A stretch of 64,000 bases of DNA from Pseudomonadota bacterium (lineage in GTDB: Bacteria; Bdellovibrionota_C; UBA2361; SZUA-149): the NCBI GenBank assembly GCA_029555385.1, contig JAKPSH010000212.1, forward strand, positions 1,151 through 65,150, read 5' to 3'. Both the position numbers and the translations under genes were made by a program. Below, piece after piece: positions 28,969 to 38,639 of the stretch; position 1 is the stretch's first letter, and every line of letters starts with the position of its first letter. Below the pieces are notes generated by a model. It was not told the DNA's origin. It ran no database searches and was given only the letters and a program-made list of their open reading frames with translations.

Positions 28969-31653
28969 TTACTTGCTGCGAAAAGCCACATCGCACTTCT
29001 CCAGGTAATAATCGCCGAGTTCCAGGCCCGAAATTGCAGACACGACCTCTGTTGCCTTGGGACAGGCTCTACCGGCGGAAAAAAGCAAGCTGAATTGCAG
29101 CGGGAAGAAGGCGTCCGTTCCAGCAGCCTCGCCGCAGCGTGTTTCCAAGAACCGCACATCACGAAGGTAATCAGCTAAACGGAATACTTGCATCCCCGAA
29201 GATGATTTATTTTTTCCGCTTTGGCGTTCGACGCTTAAATCGAGCATCTGCGGCACAAACAGCAAGGCTGCTTTCTCTGGGGATAAAACGTGATAATCTG
29301 CGCCGCTGAACACACCTTGCGGCGTCTTTTGCCACCACACCCGATAGCACTGCGACGCGATTTGCTCAACCAGGGCCGGCGCCGCAAGCGCGATTTCTTC
29401 TGCCGCATTGACGTGCAAACCGCGCGGCAGCTCCCGGTTGAAAGTCTCACACAAAGCACGCGGATCGATACGGCAAAACAGGTAAGCATCGAAATATTCC
29501 GCGCCGCTGAACACACCGAGCTGGAGCGGGGGACCGAAAGTCAAGCGGGGCAGGGGATGAAAGCCCTGCGTATAGCAGACCGGCAAATTCGCGCGCCGGG
29601 ATGCGCGCTGAAAAACCTGCACCATCTCCAGATGACCGAGCAGCGCAAAGGGACCCGTTTTGCTGTAGCGAAGACGAATGCGCATTACCGGAGATGTCCG
29701 GCGGCTGGGCCTTGCCGCATTTGCTTTATCCGGAAGATTAATCAGGGCCGGGTCTTCCTGGTCTTCGGTCCAAGGCCATTTAATGTTTCCCTCGTTTGCA
29801 CTGCCGCAAATCCCGCAGCCGGAGCAAGAACCGTCAATGCATGACTCCGTGGTTTGCGCCGCCAGTGCGCGACGGTATTCGGCGGCCAAATACTCTTTCG
29901 GTATACCGCAAGAAAGATGATCCCACGGCAAGACCTCATCCACATTGCGCGCACGCAGATAGTGCTGAGCATTGATTCCGCACTCGGCAAAACAATCTTC
30001 CCATTTAGCAAAGTCAAAATGCTCGGTCCATGCGTCAAAACGGCAGCCCCGCCGCCAAGCAGCGGCAAGAAGCGCCGCAAGCTCGCGGCCGCCCCGGGCG
30101 ATCACGCCCTCAAGCAATCCCAGACGCGCGTCGTGAAACTGATAACTGACTTTGAGCGCACGAAGCTTTGCGGCAAGGTAGTCCTGACGGCGGCGCGTTT
30201 CGGCTGGAGAAATCTGCTCCGCCCATTGAAAAGGCGTATGCGGCTTGGGCACAAGCGTTGATACGCTGACCGTGATCGTTTTTCGTCTTGCCGAACTCAA
30301 ACTGCGGATGCGCTGCACTAGAGCAGCAATGCCGTCTAGATCGGCTTCGGTTTCTGTCGGCAGACCCAGCATGAAATAAAGCTTCACGCCGTTCCAGCCG
30401 GCATCGAAAACGGCGCTGCAGGCATCGAGGATTTCTTGATCGGCAAGATTCTTATTAATCACATCGCGCAGACGCTGTGTTCCAGCTTCTGGGGCAATCG
30501 TAAAGCCGCTTTTCTTTACGCGCCGGATCTGCTCGAGCATCCCGGCAGAAAGAGCGTCAACCCGGGTCGAGGGCATTGAAACAGAAAGCACATCATCCTC
30601 GGCATACTGGTCCATTAAGCGCTTAAGCAGCGGAGTAATGGCGCAGTAATCCGCCGTACTCAGGCTGAGCAGGGATACTTCCTCAAAACCGGTTTGCCCG
30701 GCGCTGCTCCGGATGCGCTCAAGCACGCGCTCCGGGGCTAGCTCGCGCTGCGGCCGGTAAATGTACCCGGCCTGGCAAAAACGGCATCCACGGATGCATC
30801 CCCGCATGACTTCTATGTTCAAACGGTCATGCACGGTGCGGATGTTTGGCACAATAAACTTACCGGGCGCTGCTTCCGCACGAAGCTCCGGCAGCACGCG
30901 CCGCTCAACAATTTCCGGAGCAGCGCGGGCGCGGTCAATCACAGAGAGCGTTCCATCTGCGGCATATCGCGGCACAAAATCCTGCGGAATGTAAAAGCCG
31001 CCGGACCTGCGCAGTCCGGCGAGCAGTTTCTGCCGTGAGCGCCTTGTGCCGGACTTTGCGGTACGCACAGCGCCGAGCAGCTCGCTAACGAAATCTTCGG
31101 CATCACCCAGAAAAAACGCATCGAAAAATGCAGCAAACGGCTCCGGATGCATCGCCAGCGGACCGCCGCCGATCACCAGGGGAGCATCATCCGGGCGTTC
31201 TGCCGCGTATAACCCCACACCTCCCAACTCAAGCATCGCCAAGACATTTGTCGCCGCAAGCTCGTATTGCAGACTGAAGCCCGCAACATCGAACTCCTTA
31301 AGCGCTCTATTGGACTCAAGCGAAGAAAGCCGCTGAGCGTTCGCGCGAAGCGCCGCCTCCATGTCCGGAAAAGGCATAAAAACTCGCTCTGCCCAGGCGC
31401 GTTCATCACGATTGAATAAGTCATAGAGTATTTGCAGCCCGAGATGGGACATGCCTATCTCGTATGCATCGGGAAAGCACAAGGCCACGTGGACGTCGAT
31501 ATCATGCTCGCTCTTAACGATTGAGTTGACCTCGCCGCCCAGATAGCGGCCCGGCTTATCGATACGCAGCAGCTCACCGAGCGAAAGCGTGCCCAAAGAC
31601 GGCAGCTCCGGCACACAGCACTTATGCAGACTTTTCACGTAATGCTCCCCCAT
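28969..31653 (-). CDS. fused B12-binding-domain radical SAM protein (TIGR03960-like) plus DUF2344 (TIGR03936-like) C-terminal domain
   Basis: CxxxCxxC cluster CIRGCRFCQAGY; N-terminal B12-binding-like segment; C-terminal half resembles the separate radical-SAM-linked protein usually encoded adjacently; ~895 aa. Confidence 0.7.
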   Translation of the reverse strand: MGEHYVKSLHKCCVPELPSLGTLSLGELLRIDKPGRYLGGEVNSIVKSEHDIDVHVALCFPDAYEIGMSHLGLQILYDLFNRDERAWAERVFMPFPDMEAALRANAQRLSSLESNRALKEFDVAGFSLQYELAATNVLAMLELGGVGLYAAERPDDAPLVIGGGPLAMHPEPFAAFFDAFFLGDAEDFVSELLGAVRTAKSGTRRSRQKLLAGLRRSGGFYIPQDFVPRYAADGTLSVIDRARAAPEIVERRVLPELRAEAAPGKFIVPNIRTVHDRLNIEVMRGCIRGCRFCQAGYIYRPQRELAPERVLERIRSSAGQTGFEEVSLLSLSTADYCAITPLLKRLMDQYAEDDVLSVSMPSTRVDALSAGMLEQIRRVKKSGFTIAPEAGTQRLRDVINKNLADQEILDACSAVFDAGWNGVKLYFMLGLPTETEADLDGIAALVQRIRSLSSARRKTITVSVSTLVPKPHTPFQWAEQISPAETRRRQDYLAAKLRALKVSYQFHDARLGLLEGVIARGGRELAALLAAAWRRGCRFDAWTEHFDFAKWEDCFAECGINAQHYLRARNVDEVLPWDHLSCGIPKEYLAAEYRRALAAQTTESCIDGSCSGCGICGSANEGNIKWPWTEDQEDPALINLPDKANAARPSRRTSPVMRIRLRYSKTGPFALLGHLEMVQVFQRASRRANLPVCYTQGFHPLPRLTFGPPLQLGVFSGAEYFDAYLFCRIDPRALCETFNRELPRGLHVNAAEEIALAAPALVEQIASQCYRVWWQKTPQGVFSGADYHVLSPEKAALLFVPQMLDLSVERQSGKNKSSSGMQVFRLADYLRDVRFLETRCGEAAGTDAFFPLQFSLLFSAGRACPKATEVVSAISGLELGDYYLEKCDVAFRSK

Positions 31654-31962
31654 AGGGGCCCTTATTATCATTGGCCGCGGTTTGTGTCGCCTGGCCGGGC
31701 CTCACCCCAAATACTACACCGCGCGCCCTGTAACCCGAAGTCCCCCAGAGACACAAAAAACCACTGAATCAAAAATGGGCTCTGGCGCGATGCGGTCAAG
31801 TGCGTTACTACTACTAAGTTAAAGCTGCGGCTTGATGCTGGAGCAAAAAAACTCTATATTGGTCCACCGTTTTTTCGCTTGCAGTTTGCCTGCGTTAAGG
31901 GGTTAGGGGGGTTGTGCCGGAGGAGTTGGCGCGCCGGAAAACTAGCGTCTTTTTAGGATGTT

Positions 31963-34900
31963 ATGCGAGTTGCTCGTCTTGAAATATTTGGTTTCAAGTC
32001 TTTTGTCGAACGTTTTGCCTTGAATTTCGACAAGAACCTCATTGGAATCGTTGGTCCCAACGGCTGCGGCAAGTCGAACATCGTCGATGCACTGCGCTGG
32101 GTTTTGGGGGAAACACATGCACGCCAGCTTCGCGGAAGTACTCTTGATGACTTGATCTTCAATGGCGCCGAGTCGCGCAAGCCTTTAGGCATGGCTGAAG
32201 TATCGCTGACAATCCGGCCCCACGCCGGGTGGGCGCACAATATTCATCTTCACTTAGCCGGCCCGGACATCAAGACCGATGCACCAACCGCACAGGAGCC
32301 GGCGGGGGACAACGGCGGCGGCCTGAGCAGTGCCGACCTGAGCAGTGCGGAGGCAGGACAGGCAGCGCTCAATGCGGACACGGCAGAAGAAACCCAAGAC
32401 CTGCTGCAGGAGGTTATACCGACATCGCTTGCTGATATTCCGGGACTGATCGATGCCGCCGAGATTCAGTTCACACGCCGGCTATACCGCTCCGGTGAGA
32501 GTGAATACTTTATTAACCGGGTTCCGTGCCGGTTGCGCGATATGCTTGATATATACCGCGTGATTGGCCTTGGCTCCCGCGGCCTTAGCATTGTGCAGCA
32601 AGGGCAAATCGGCGAGTTTATCGCGAAAAAACCGATTGAAAGGCGTGAACTGCTGGAAGAAGCCGCCGGTATTTCCGGTATCCGCACACGTATTGAAGCC
32701 GCGCAGCGTAAACTGGATCGCACTGTCGAAAATACTGCCCGGCTTGCTGATATTATTGTCGAAGTCGAAAAACAAACGCGCCTGCTCAAGCGTCAGGCCA
32801 GTCAGGCCCGTGTGCGCAACGATTTAAAAGTTAGCCTGAACACGGCTGAACTTGAGTTATTCAACGCCCGTACGGCAAAAATCCTGCTCAAACAAGAAGA
32901 AGAAGCCACTAAACTCGCGCGCTTGGAACAAGATGCCGCAGCGCGGCAAGCCGGGCTGCAATCGGCGGAAGCTCAGGAAGAAGAGCTGCGGGCGGAGCTG
33001 AGTGCGCTTGATGCCGAGCTTTTGCGTTTGCGCACAGCACGGGATGAACTTTACCAAGCCTTGACCCGGGATCGTGAACAAGTACAGGAATTACGCATCG
33101 CGCTGACCAAGCTTGATGAAAAAGAACAAAATACCGCAGGGGCGCGAAACCGGTTGATGGAAACTGTCCAGCGCTGCGAGGCGGAGCAAGCCGCGCTTCA
33201 GTCTGAGTTAGAATGCCTGGAAGGCAAAGCGCAGAAGATGGAAGCTCTGCGCGCGCAGGCTGAAGCCAACCTCAGAGACATTCAAGCAAAGGCAGCGCAG
33301 GAAGTGCAGGACGCGCAAGCTCACGAACTGCCGCCGGCGGACGAACAGTCTGTTTGCCGGGCCAAGGAAATCCGGGAATTGAGCAGCGAAACAGAACGGC
33401 TGGCCGAAGTGTCTTCAGCGCTTGCGCAGCAGCAGCAGGATTTGCGTGCTCTTCGCCAAGCGGTGCAGGAAAAGTCCGCAGCCGTCCACCGCACCAGTGT
33501 TAAACAGGCGCGGCTTGAAGCCGAGCTTGACTCTCTCTCGGCCCAGCTAAGAGCGCTGGCCGAGCAAGTTGCGCGAAATGCAGCAGGAAGCGCGGACCAG
33601 TTAGGGCAAGAGCAGGCTGAGGACAACGAAGCCCAGGCTGCGCGCGTGCTGGCCGCGAGCATTTCTGTTCCCGAACGGTTCCAGAAGGCGCTCGCCGCTG
33701 TGCTCGGTGAAAAAGGCAGCTATCTCGTCACGGACGATAGCGACGCGTTTGCTCTGCGCTACGCCGCGCAGCGGGAGAAAGGCGACGTTCCACATACCAA
33801 CAAGCGGTTGGGCGTGATTTCACGCTGCACGGCGGCGTCGGCTCCGCGCATGGAGCTCAGCGCACATGAGATTGCCGCTGCACCGGAAGCCAAGCTGCTT
33901 GTCGATCTGCTGCAAGTCGATGCCGCGGTGGAATCTACGCTCGCCGCACTGATGCACGGCATTGTGTTTGTGCCGAGTCTTGCGCAAGCGATGAAGCTCA
34001 ACCAGGCAAACCGGGACGCGGGCACTGAGCAGCGCATGATTGTCACCGAAGCGGGTGAAGTAGCGACTCCTTGGGGGTGGTATACGACAGAAGGCGAGGG
34101 ACTGGGGTTTTCTTGGAGAAGACGCATTGATGAGCTGCGGGAAGCATTAGAAACCCTGGCCCGCTCCGGTCAAGCCATGGCGCAGGAGCTCGCTGCACAG
34201 CAGGAGAAATTGACGGAAAGCGAAGCCGAATTTGCCCGGCAGAGCGCGGAAAAAGACCGGATTATTGAAGCGCAAAAACGTCTTTCTTCACTGCTCAGGG
34301 AAGAACAAGCAGCCGAGCGCGCGCGGCGGGAAGCTCTGCGCGAAGAGGAACGAAAGTGCCGGGAAGCCGCGCTTGCGGTTGAGCGTGCGGCGCAAGCCGA
34401 TCTTCAGCGCCTCAGCATTGAACTGTCGCGCCTGCACCAAACAATTCAGTTTAATCGCAGCCGGCTTTCCCAGCTTGCGGGCGAGGCCGGACGCGCCGCG
34501 TGCGATATTGAATCACTATCCCGGCGTGAAACCGAATTCAGCGCTGAGCGGGCCCGCCTCGAAGAACAGCTCTCCCTGCTCTGCACCGATGACGCGGAGA
34601 ACCGGAAAGAACGTCTCGAAGAGCAGTTTGCGGAAATTGATCGCCAGGTAAAAGAAAAAGAGAAAAATCAAACAGGGGTAAACGAACACCTCGGCAGCCT
34701 CAACCGTCACAGCGCTGAAGCCCGCCGTGCTTTAGGCGCGGTGACTGCAGAGCAGAACGCCTGTCGTCTTGCTCTGGAGAAAGGCGAGCTGGAGCTGTCG
34801 CTGATCGTGGAAGACATGGGCCGCTACACCCCAGAAGTCCCGCCAGTGCCCGCTGCGGCGCAGGTGCCGGAGATCGTCGAACGGTGCGGCGGCGACTTGG

Positions 34901-35592
34901 GTCACGCAATCAACGAGCTCCAGGAACAAGTGCAGCGGTTACGCCGCAGGCTGGAGCGGGAAGGGGAGGTCGACCCTTCCTCGATCGAGCGCTATGAGCA
35001 AGAAAGCGTGCGTCTCGAGCAAATGAAGATGCAGTTTGCCGACCTGGAAACGGCCACCAAGACGCTGGAAAGGACGATCCGCCACCTCAAAGATCTCTCG
35101 CGCACGCGATTTCTCGCGACATTTGAGGATGTGCGCGTGAAGTTCGCCGAACTCGTTCCGCGTCTCTTCGGCGGCGGAGCCGGACATCTGGAACTGGTCA
35201 ATCCTGAAGATCCTCTGACTAGCGGCGTTGAAATAAGCTTGCGTCCGCCGGGAAAACGCATCTCCTCGATGGACTTGCTTTCTGGTGGGGAAAAAGCGCT
35301 GGTTGCCGCAGCGATCTTAATTTCGATGTTTCTCCACCGGCCCAGCCCGATTTGCGTTCTTGACGAAGTAGATGCGCCGCTTGACGATGCTAATCTTGAA
35401 CGGTTTAATGCGCTCATTCACGAAATCAGCGACCGGACGCAGTTCTTGATTATCACGCATAACAAGACCACAATGGCGGCTGTCGACCGCCTCATCGGCA
35501 TCACCATGGAAGAACGAGGTGTTTCAAAGGCCTTGAGCGTCACTTTTGCCGATGCTGAGCGGGAAGTCGAGCGCTGGGCCGCAAACGCGTAA
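31963..35592 (+). CDS. smc: chromosome segregation protein SMC
   Basis: N-terminal Walker A FKSFVERFALNFDKNLIGIVGPNGCGKSNIVDALRWVLGE, long coiled coils, hinge, C-terminal signature LSGGEKALVAAAIL and Walker B ICVLDEVDAPLD. Confidence 0.95.
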   Translation: MRVARLEIFGFKSFVERFALNFDKNLIGIVGPNGCGKSNIVDALRWVLGETHARQLRGSTLDDLIFNGAESRKPLGMAEVSLTIRPHAGWAHNIHLHLAGPDIKTDAPTAQEPAGDNGGGLSSADLSSAEAGQAALNADTAEETQDLLQEVIPTSLADIPGLIDAAEIQFTRRLYRSGESEYFINRVPCRLRDMLDIYRVIGLGSRGLSIVQQGQIGEFIAKKPIERRELLEEAAGISGIRTRIEAAQRKLDRTVENTARLADIIVEVEKQTRLLKRQASQARVRNDLKVSLNTAELELFNARTAKILLKQEEEATKLARLEQDAAARQAGLQSAEAQEEELRAELSALDAELLRLRTARDELYQALTRDREQVQELRIALTKLDEKEQNTAGARNRLMETVQRCEAEQAALQSELECLEGKAQKMEALRAQAEANLRDIQAKAAQEVQDAQAHELPPADEQSVCRAKEIRELSSETERLAEVSSALAQQQQDLRALRQAVQEKSAAVHRTSVKQARLEAELDSLSAQLRALAEQVARNAAGSADQLGQEQAEDNEAQAARVLAASISVPERFQKALAAVLGEKGSYLVTDDSDAFALRYAAQREKGDVPHTNKRLGVISRCTAASAPRMELSAHEIAAAPEAKLLVDLLQVDAAVESTLAALMHGIVFVPSLAQAMKLNQANRDAGTEQRMIVTEAGEVATPWGWYTTEGEGLGFSWRRRIDELREALETLARSGQAMAQELAAQQEKLTESEAEFARQSAEKDRIIEAQKRLSSLLREEQAAERARREALREEERKCREAALAVERAAQADLQRLSIELSRLHQTIQFNRSRLSQLAGEAGRAACDIESLSRRETEFSAERARLEEQLSLLCTDDAENRKERLEEQFAEIDRQVKEKEKNQTGVNEHLGSLNRHSAEARRALGAVTAEQNACRLALEKGELELSLIVEDMGRYTPEVPPVPAAAQVPEIVERCGGDLGHAINELQEQVQRLRRRLEREGEVDPSSIERYEQESVRLEQMKMQFADLETATKTLERTIRHLKDLSRTRFLATFEDVRVKFAELVPRLFGGGAGHLELVNPEDPLTSGVEISLRPPGKRISSMDLLSGGEKALVAAAILISMFLHRPSPICVLDEVDAPLDDANLERFNALIHEISDRTQFLIITHNKTTMAAVDRLIGITMEERGVSKALSVTFADAEREVERWAANA

Positions 35593-35593
35593 C

Positions 35594-36889
35594 ATGACAA
35601 GCACAGCAATTGTCGAGAAATATATTGATCAAGCGGCGGCATTCAGCCGCTCGATCGGCATCACTGCATCTAACGAGCTTGTCTGGGCAGCCCTGTTGTT
35701 GGCGATGCTGGCCTTGTGGATTGCACTCCGCACCCGCCGCATGTTCACGCAGCTTGCCGGCGCAAAAGCAGCCCGTTTGAACACACGGCTGGAACAGCTC
35801 GAAGTGAAGTTTGCCGCACTGGAGAACAAGTGCAGCATCGATGCGCAAAACTTAGCCGCCGAACTGCGTTACTGCAAAGAACAGCTAAGGCAGCTGGGCG
35901 TACAGGTCCCGGAACAGCCGCCGTTAAAAGCTGAGACAAAAAAAAAAGATGAGATAGCGCACATACCGGCTCAAGAGGAGTTGAATGCCGGTCTTGCCAA
36001 AACGCGAAGTTCGTTTTTCTCACGGCTCCGCGAGATTTTCGGCACAAAGAAAGCAATTTCACCGGAGGCGTACACGGCGCTTGAGGATCTGCTGATTACG
36101 AGCGATCTTGGTGTCCGCACTGCCTCCGTCTTTATTGAGCGCTTGAAAAGCAGCGTCGAGCAAGGCGAAGAAATCTCAGAAGCTCAACTGCGAGAGAAGC
36201 TTAAAGCGCTGCTTAGGGAAATTCTTGACGCTCCCGGAGCACCTGAGCTTGTGCCTGATAAAGTGGACGGCAAACCTAAAGTGGTGCTTGTCGCCGGCGT
36301 AAATGGCGTAGGCAAGACGACGACCATCGGCAAACTGGCGCATCAATTCCGCAGCCGCGGCGCGCGCGTGCTGCTTGCCGCTTGCGACACCTTCCGCGCT
36401 GCAGCGGATGAGCAACTTGATATCTGGGCCAAACGTGCCGGGGTCGAGGTCGTAAGCGGCGCAAGCGGCACCAAACCGGCAACAGTGGCGTTTCAGGCCG
36501 TGCACCGCGCAGTCGAGGAAAGTTACGACGTCCTGCTTGTTGATACGGCAGGCCGGCTGCATACCCGCGTCAACTTGATGAACGAACTGGTGCATGTCGT
36601 GCAGATTCTGGGCCGGGAGCTGCCGGGGGCGCCGCATGAGACAATTCTTGTGCTCGACGGTTCGACCGGCCAGAATGCGCTGCAGCAAGCCCGGACATTT
36701 CACGAGCGGATAAAGCTAACAGGCATCATCGTGACTAAACTCGACGGCACGGCAAAAGGCGGAGTAATTGTGCCGATCAAAGAAGAACTTAGCGTGCCCA
36801 TCCGCTATATCGGCGTCGGTGAGTCAATTACAGCGCTGCGGCCTTTTTCAGCGCAGGATTTCACCGCTGCGCTATTTGCCGAAGAGTAG
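35594..36889 (+). CDS. ftsY: signal recognition particle receptor FtsY
   Basis: NG domain motifs VVLVAGVNGVGKTTTIGKLA, LLVDTAGRLH, TKLDGTAKGG; ATG 35594 immediately after smc TAA. Confidence 0.93.
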   Translation: MTSTAIVEKYIDQAAAFSRSIGITASNELVWAALLLAMLALWIALRTRRMFTQLAGAKAARLNTRLEQLEVKFAALENKCSIDAQNLAAELRYCKEQLRQLGVQVPEQPPLKAETKKKDEIAHIPAQEELNAGLAKTRSSFFSRLREIFGTKKAISPEAYTALEDLLITSDLGVRTASVFIERLKSSVEQGEEISEAQLREKLKALLREILDAPGAPELVPDKVDGKPKVVLVAGVNGVGKTTTIGKLAHQFRSRGARVLLAACDTFRAAADEQLDIWAKRAGVEVVSGASGTKPATVAFQAVHRAVEESYDVLLVDTAGRLHTRVNLMNELVHVVQILGRELPGAPHETILVLDGSTGQNALQQARTFHERIKLTGIIVTKLDGTAKGGVIVPIKEELSVPIRYIGVGESITALRPFSAQDFTAALFAEE

Positions 36890-37011
36890 TTTGCATAAGC
36901 AACAGCACCGTGACGATTCGCGCCGCAGTCTTTGCGAATATCTCTTTATTATGCACCACGAAGGACACGAAGAGTTAGTTGACCACTCAGCCGCGCATCC
37001 CGTCCTGGTCG

Positions 37012-37806
37012 TTATTTGTCCGGTGACTGCCGGCGCGGCGCGGGCTCTGCCGCTGCTTCTCCGCCGCTTCGCTGCAGCAACCGTCCCAGGCTGATCAGTG
37101 CACGAGAAAAAAGGCGTAGAAAGGATCTGCACGGTGCTGCACCCGACTGGTCTTTTCGTTTCTCAACATTGTACATTTGGGGGGTGGGACTTTCGCTGTT
37201 TCTTGCTGCTGTATAGCTTGTCCGGGGCGTGATGTATCGGGCGCTCGCAGCCAGCGGCAGCACCGGCGGGTTAATGCGCTGGTCATTGAGCAGCACAGAA
37301 TCAGGCTGATGCGGCGCAGGAGCTGCGTCCAAAGGGAAGATTCCACGCCAGCCGGCAGACTCAAGCTGGCTGCCAACACGCGCAAGAAAACCCGCGCTTG
37401 CAGGAGGGGATAAGGAGAACACCGGGATAGCTTCTAACCGGAGCGCCTCGGCAACCTGAGCCCTAACTGGCGCGGAGGTAAGCTGATTGAGCGCCATAAC
37501 AGAATTATACAACTCGTGCGAACGGAGAAAACCCTCGCGCTGTCTATCATCTGTGCCCAGTGAAATGCCGAAGAGACTGCTCAGCGCTGCCGCGCAAACC
37601 TCGCCAATGCTGAAATGGCTGAATAAACCAAGAGCCGGCCAAGACGCACCGTTTATACCTGGAGCGGACAACAGAAAAGAGCTGCTCCCTCCGGCAGGTT
37701 CGAGCGCTTGTGCTCCCTGCACTGCGGCAGAGCTCAACCGTGGCCGGGCGTCACCCGCTGGACTGATGCTGGAAGTTGGCGGAAGTTGGATGTTTTGAAC
37801 TTGCAT
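37012..37806 (-). CDS. hypothetical protein (Ala/Ser/Pro-rich, no recognisable domain)
   Basis: 264-aa ORF; no SD; coding status uncertain. Confidence 0.3.
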   Translation of the reverse strand: MQVQNIQLPPTSSISPAGDARPRLSSAAVQGAQALEPAGGSSSFLLSAPGINGASWPALGLFSHFSIGEVCAAALSSLFGISLGTDDRQREGFLRSHELYNSVMALNQLTSAPVRAQVAEALRLEAIPVFSLSPPASAGFLARVGSQLESAGWRGIFPLDAAPAPHQPDSVLLNDQRINPPVLPLAASARYITPRTSYTAARNSESPTPQMYNVEKRKDQSGAAPCRSFLRLFSRALISLGRLLQRSGGEAAAEPAPRRQSPDK

Positions 37807-37871
37807 GATCTAACTGAGATTAATTTGCTTTCGGAAACCTGGCAGACACGCACATACGGTGCTGTACGTAC

Positions 37872-37910
37872 TATCAGGTTGCTGAAAAACTAATTTTCAG
37901 CAACCTGATA
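37872..37910 (-). terminator. perfect 17-bp-stem hairpin TATCAGGTTGCTGAAAA-ACTAA-TTTTCAGCAACCTGATA; likely terminator of small minus-strand gene 37970-38182
   Basis: Read directly; 60 nt downstream of the minus-strand stop at 37970. Confidence 0.45.
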
Positions 37911-37969
37911 GCCGGGTGTCTCTAATTGATTATCGCTGTTGAGGAGCAAATGTTGCGTGCGAGATGACT

Positions 37970-38182
37970 TTAATACTCTCCACCGCCGATGCCGGCGCCG
38001 ATTTTGTTTCTCCAGCTCGGAGGAATGGGGGCGCGACCCCGGCTTTCCACATATGCCTTAATTGCCCGGCTGTCTGCGGACTGAGCCTCCATTTGGAAAA
38101 ACATTATTGCCCCAGCAAGAAAGATGAGAACGAAGGTGCAGATAAAAAACAACTTAAAAAAACTATCATCCATGGCTGACAA
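37970..38182 (-). CDS. small membrane protein (70 aa), hypothetical
   Basis: N-terminal hydrophobic helix FFKLFFICTFVLIFLAGAIMFF; followed by strong hairpin; overlapped by antisense ORF 37964-38179 judged spurious. Confidence 0.4.
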   Translation of the reverse strand: MSAMDDSFFKLFFICTFVLIFLAGAIMFFQMEAQSADSRAIKAYVESRGRAPIPPSWRNKIGAGIGGGEY

Positions 38183-38341
38183 CCCCGCGAGATTTCAACA
38201 AAACCAACAAACCCCGATACTGCGGCCCTGGGCAACCCTCCTACCTGAGTTATGACAGCGCCCCGTATCTTTGTGCCCTGCGGCGGAACTTGCGGTGGAA
38301 TGTGTCAGCCTTGTTTGTAAGTTATTGTTATTTCACAATAA

Positions 38342-38522
38342 AGGGCCTGTCGTAAAAGGGCCCCGTAGCGAGAATGAGAGATTTTAGGCGAGACGAGGAT
38401 GGCGCGCAAAAAAATCCGAGTCGTGTAAGCTTGCGACACGTCGCAGGATTTTTTTACGCGCTCCGACGAAGTCGCAGCCAAAATCTCTCATTCGCAGCAG
38501 GGGCTACATTTTGCGACAGGCC
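38342..38522. repeat. ~181-bp near-palindromic element (two ~90-bp imperfect inverted arms centred on AAGCTT at ~38430)
   Basis: Arms align with >80% identity in reverse complement: gggcctgtcg…gagaatgagagatttt…gcgcgcaaaaaaatcc…gtcgtgtaagc | ttgcgacacg…ggatttttttacgcgc…aaaatctctcattcgc…cgacaggccc; non-coding, between divergent genes. Confidence 0.8.
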
Positions 38523-38639
38523 CATAAAGTATTCCGATTTTCTTGAATAAAAATGCGTGATACCTTCTGTCGCAGTCAGAGAGGCTTTTTGAATACCAAC
38601 CTAGAACATCGATATTGCGCAGGCGAACCTGAGCCCCAG

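Noticed and set aside
36176-36703. 175-aa minus-strand ORF
   Set aside because: Antisense to the well-supported ftsY NG domain.
37964-38179. 71-aa plus-strand ORF antisense to the small membrane-protein gene
   Set aside because: The minus-strand frame has a TM helix and a downstream hairpin terminator; the plus frame has neither.
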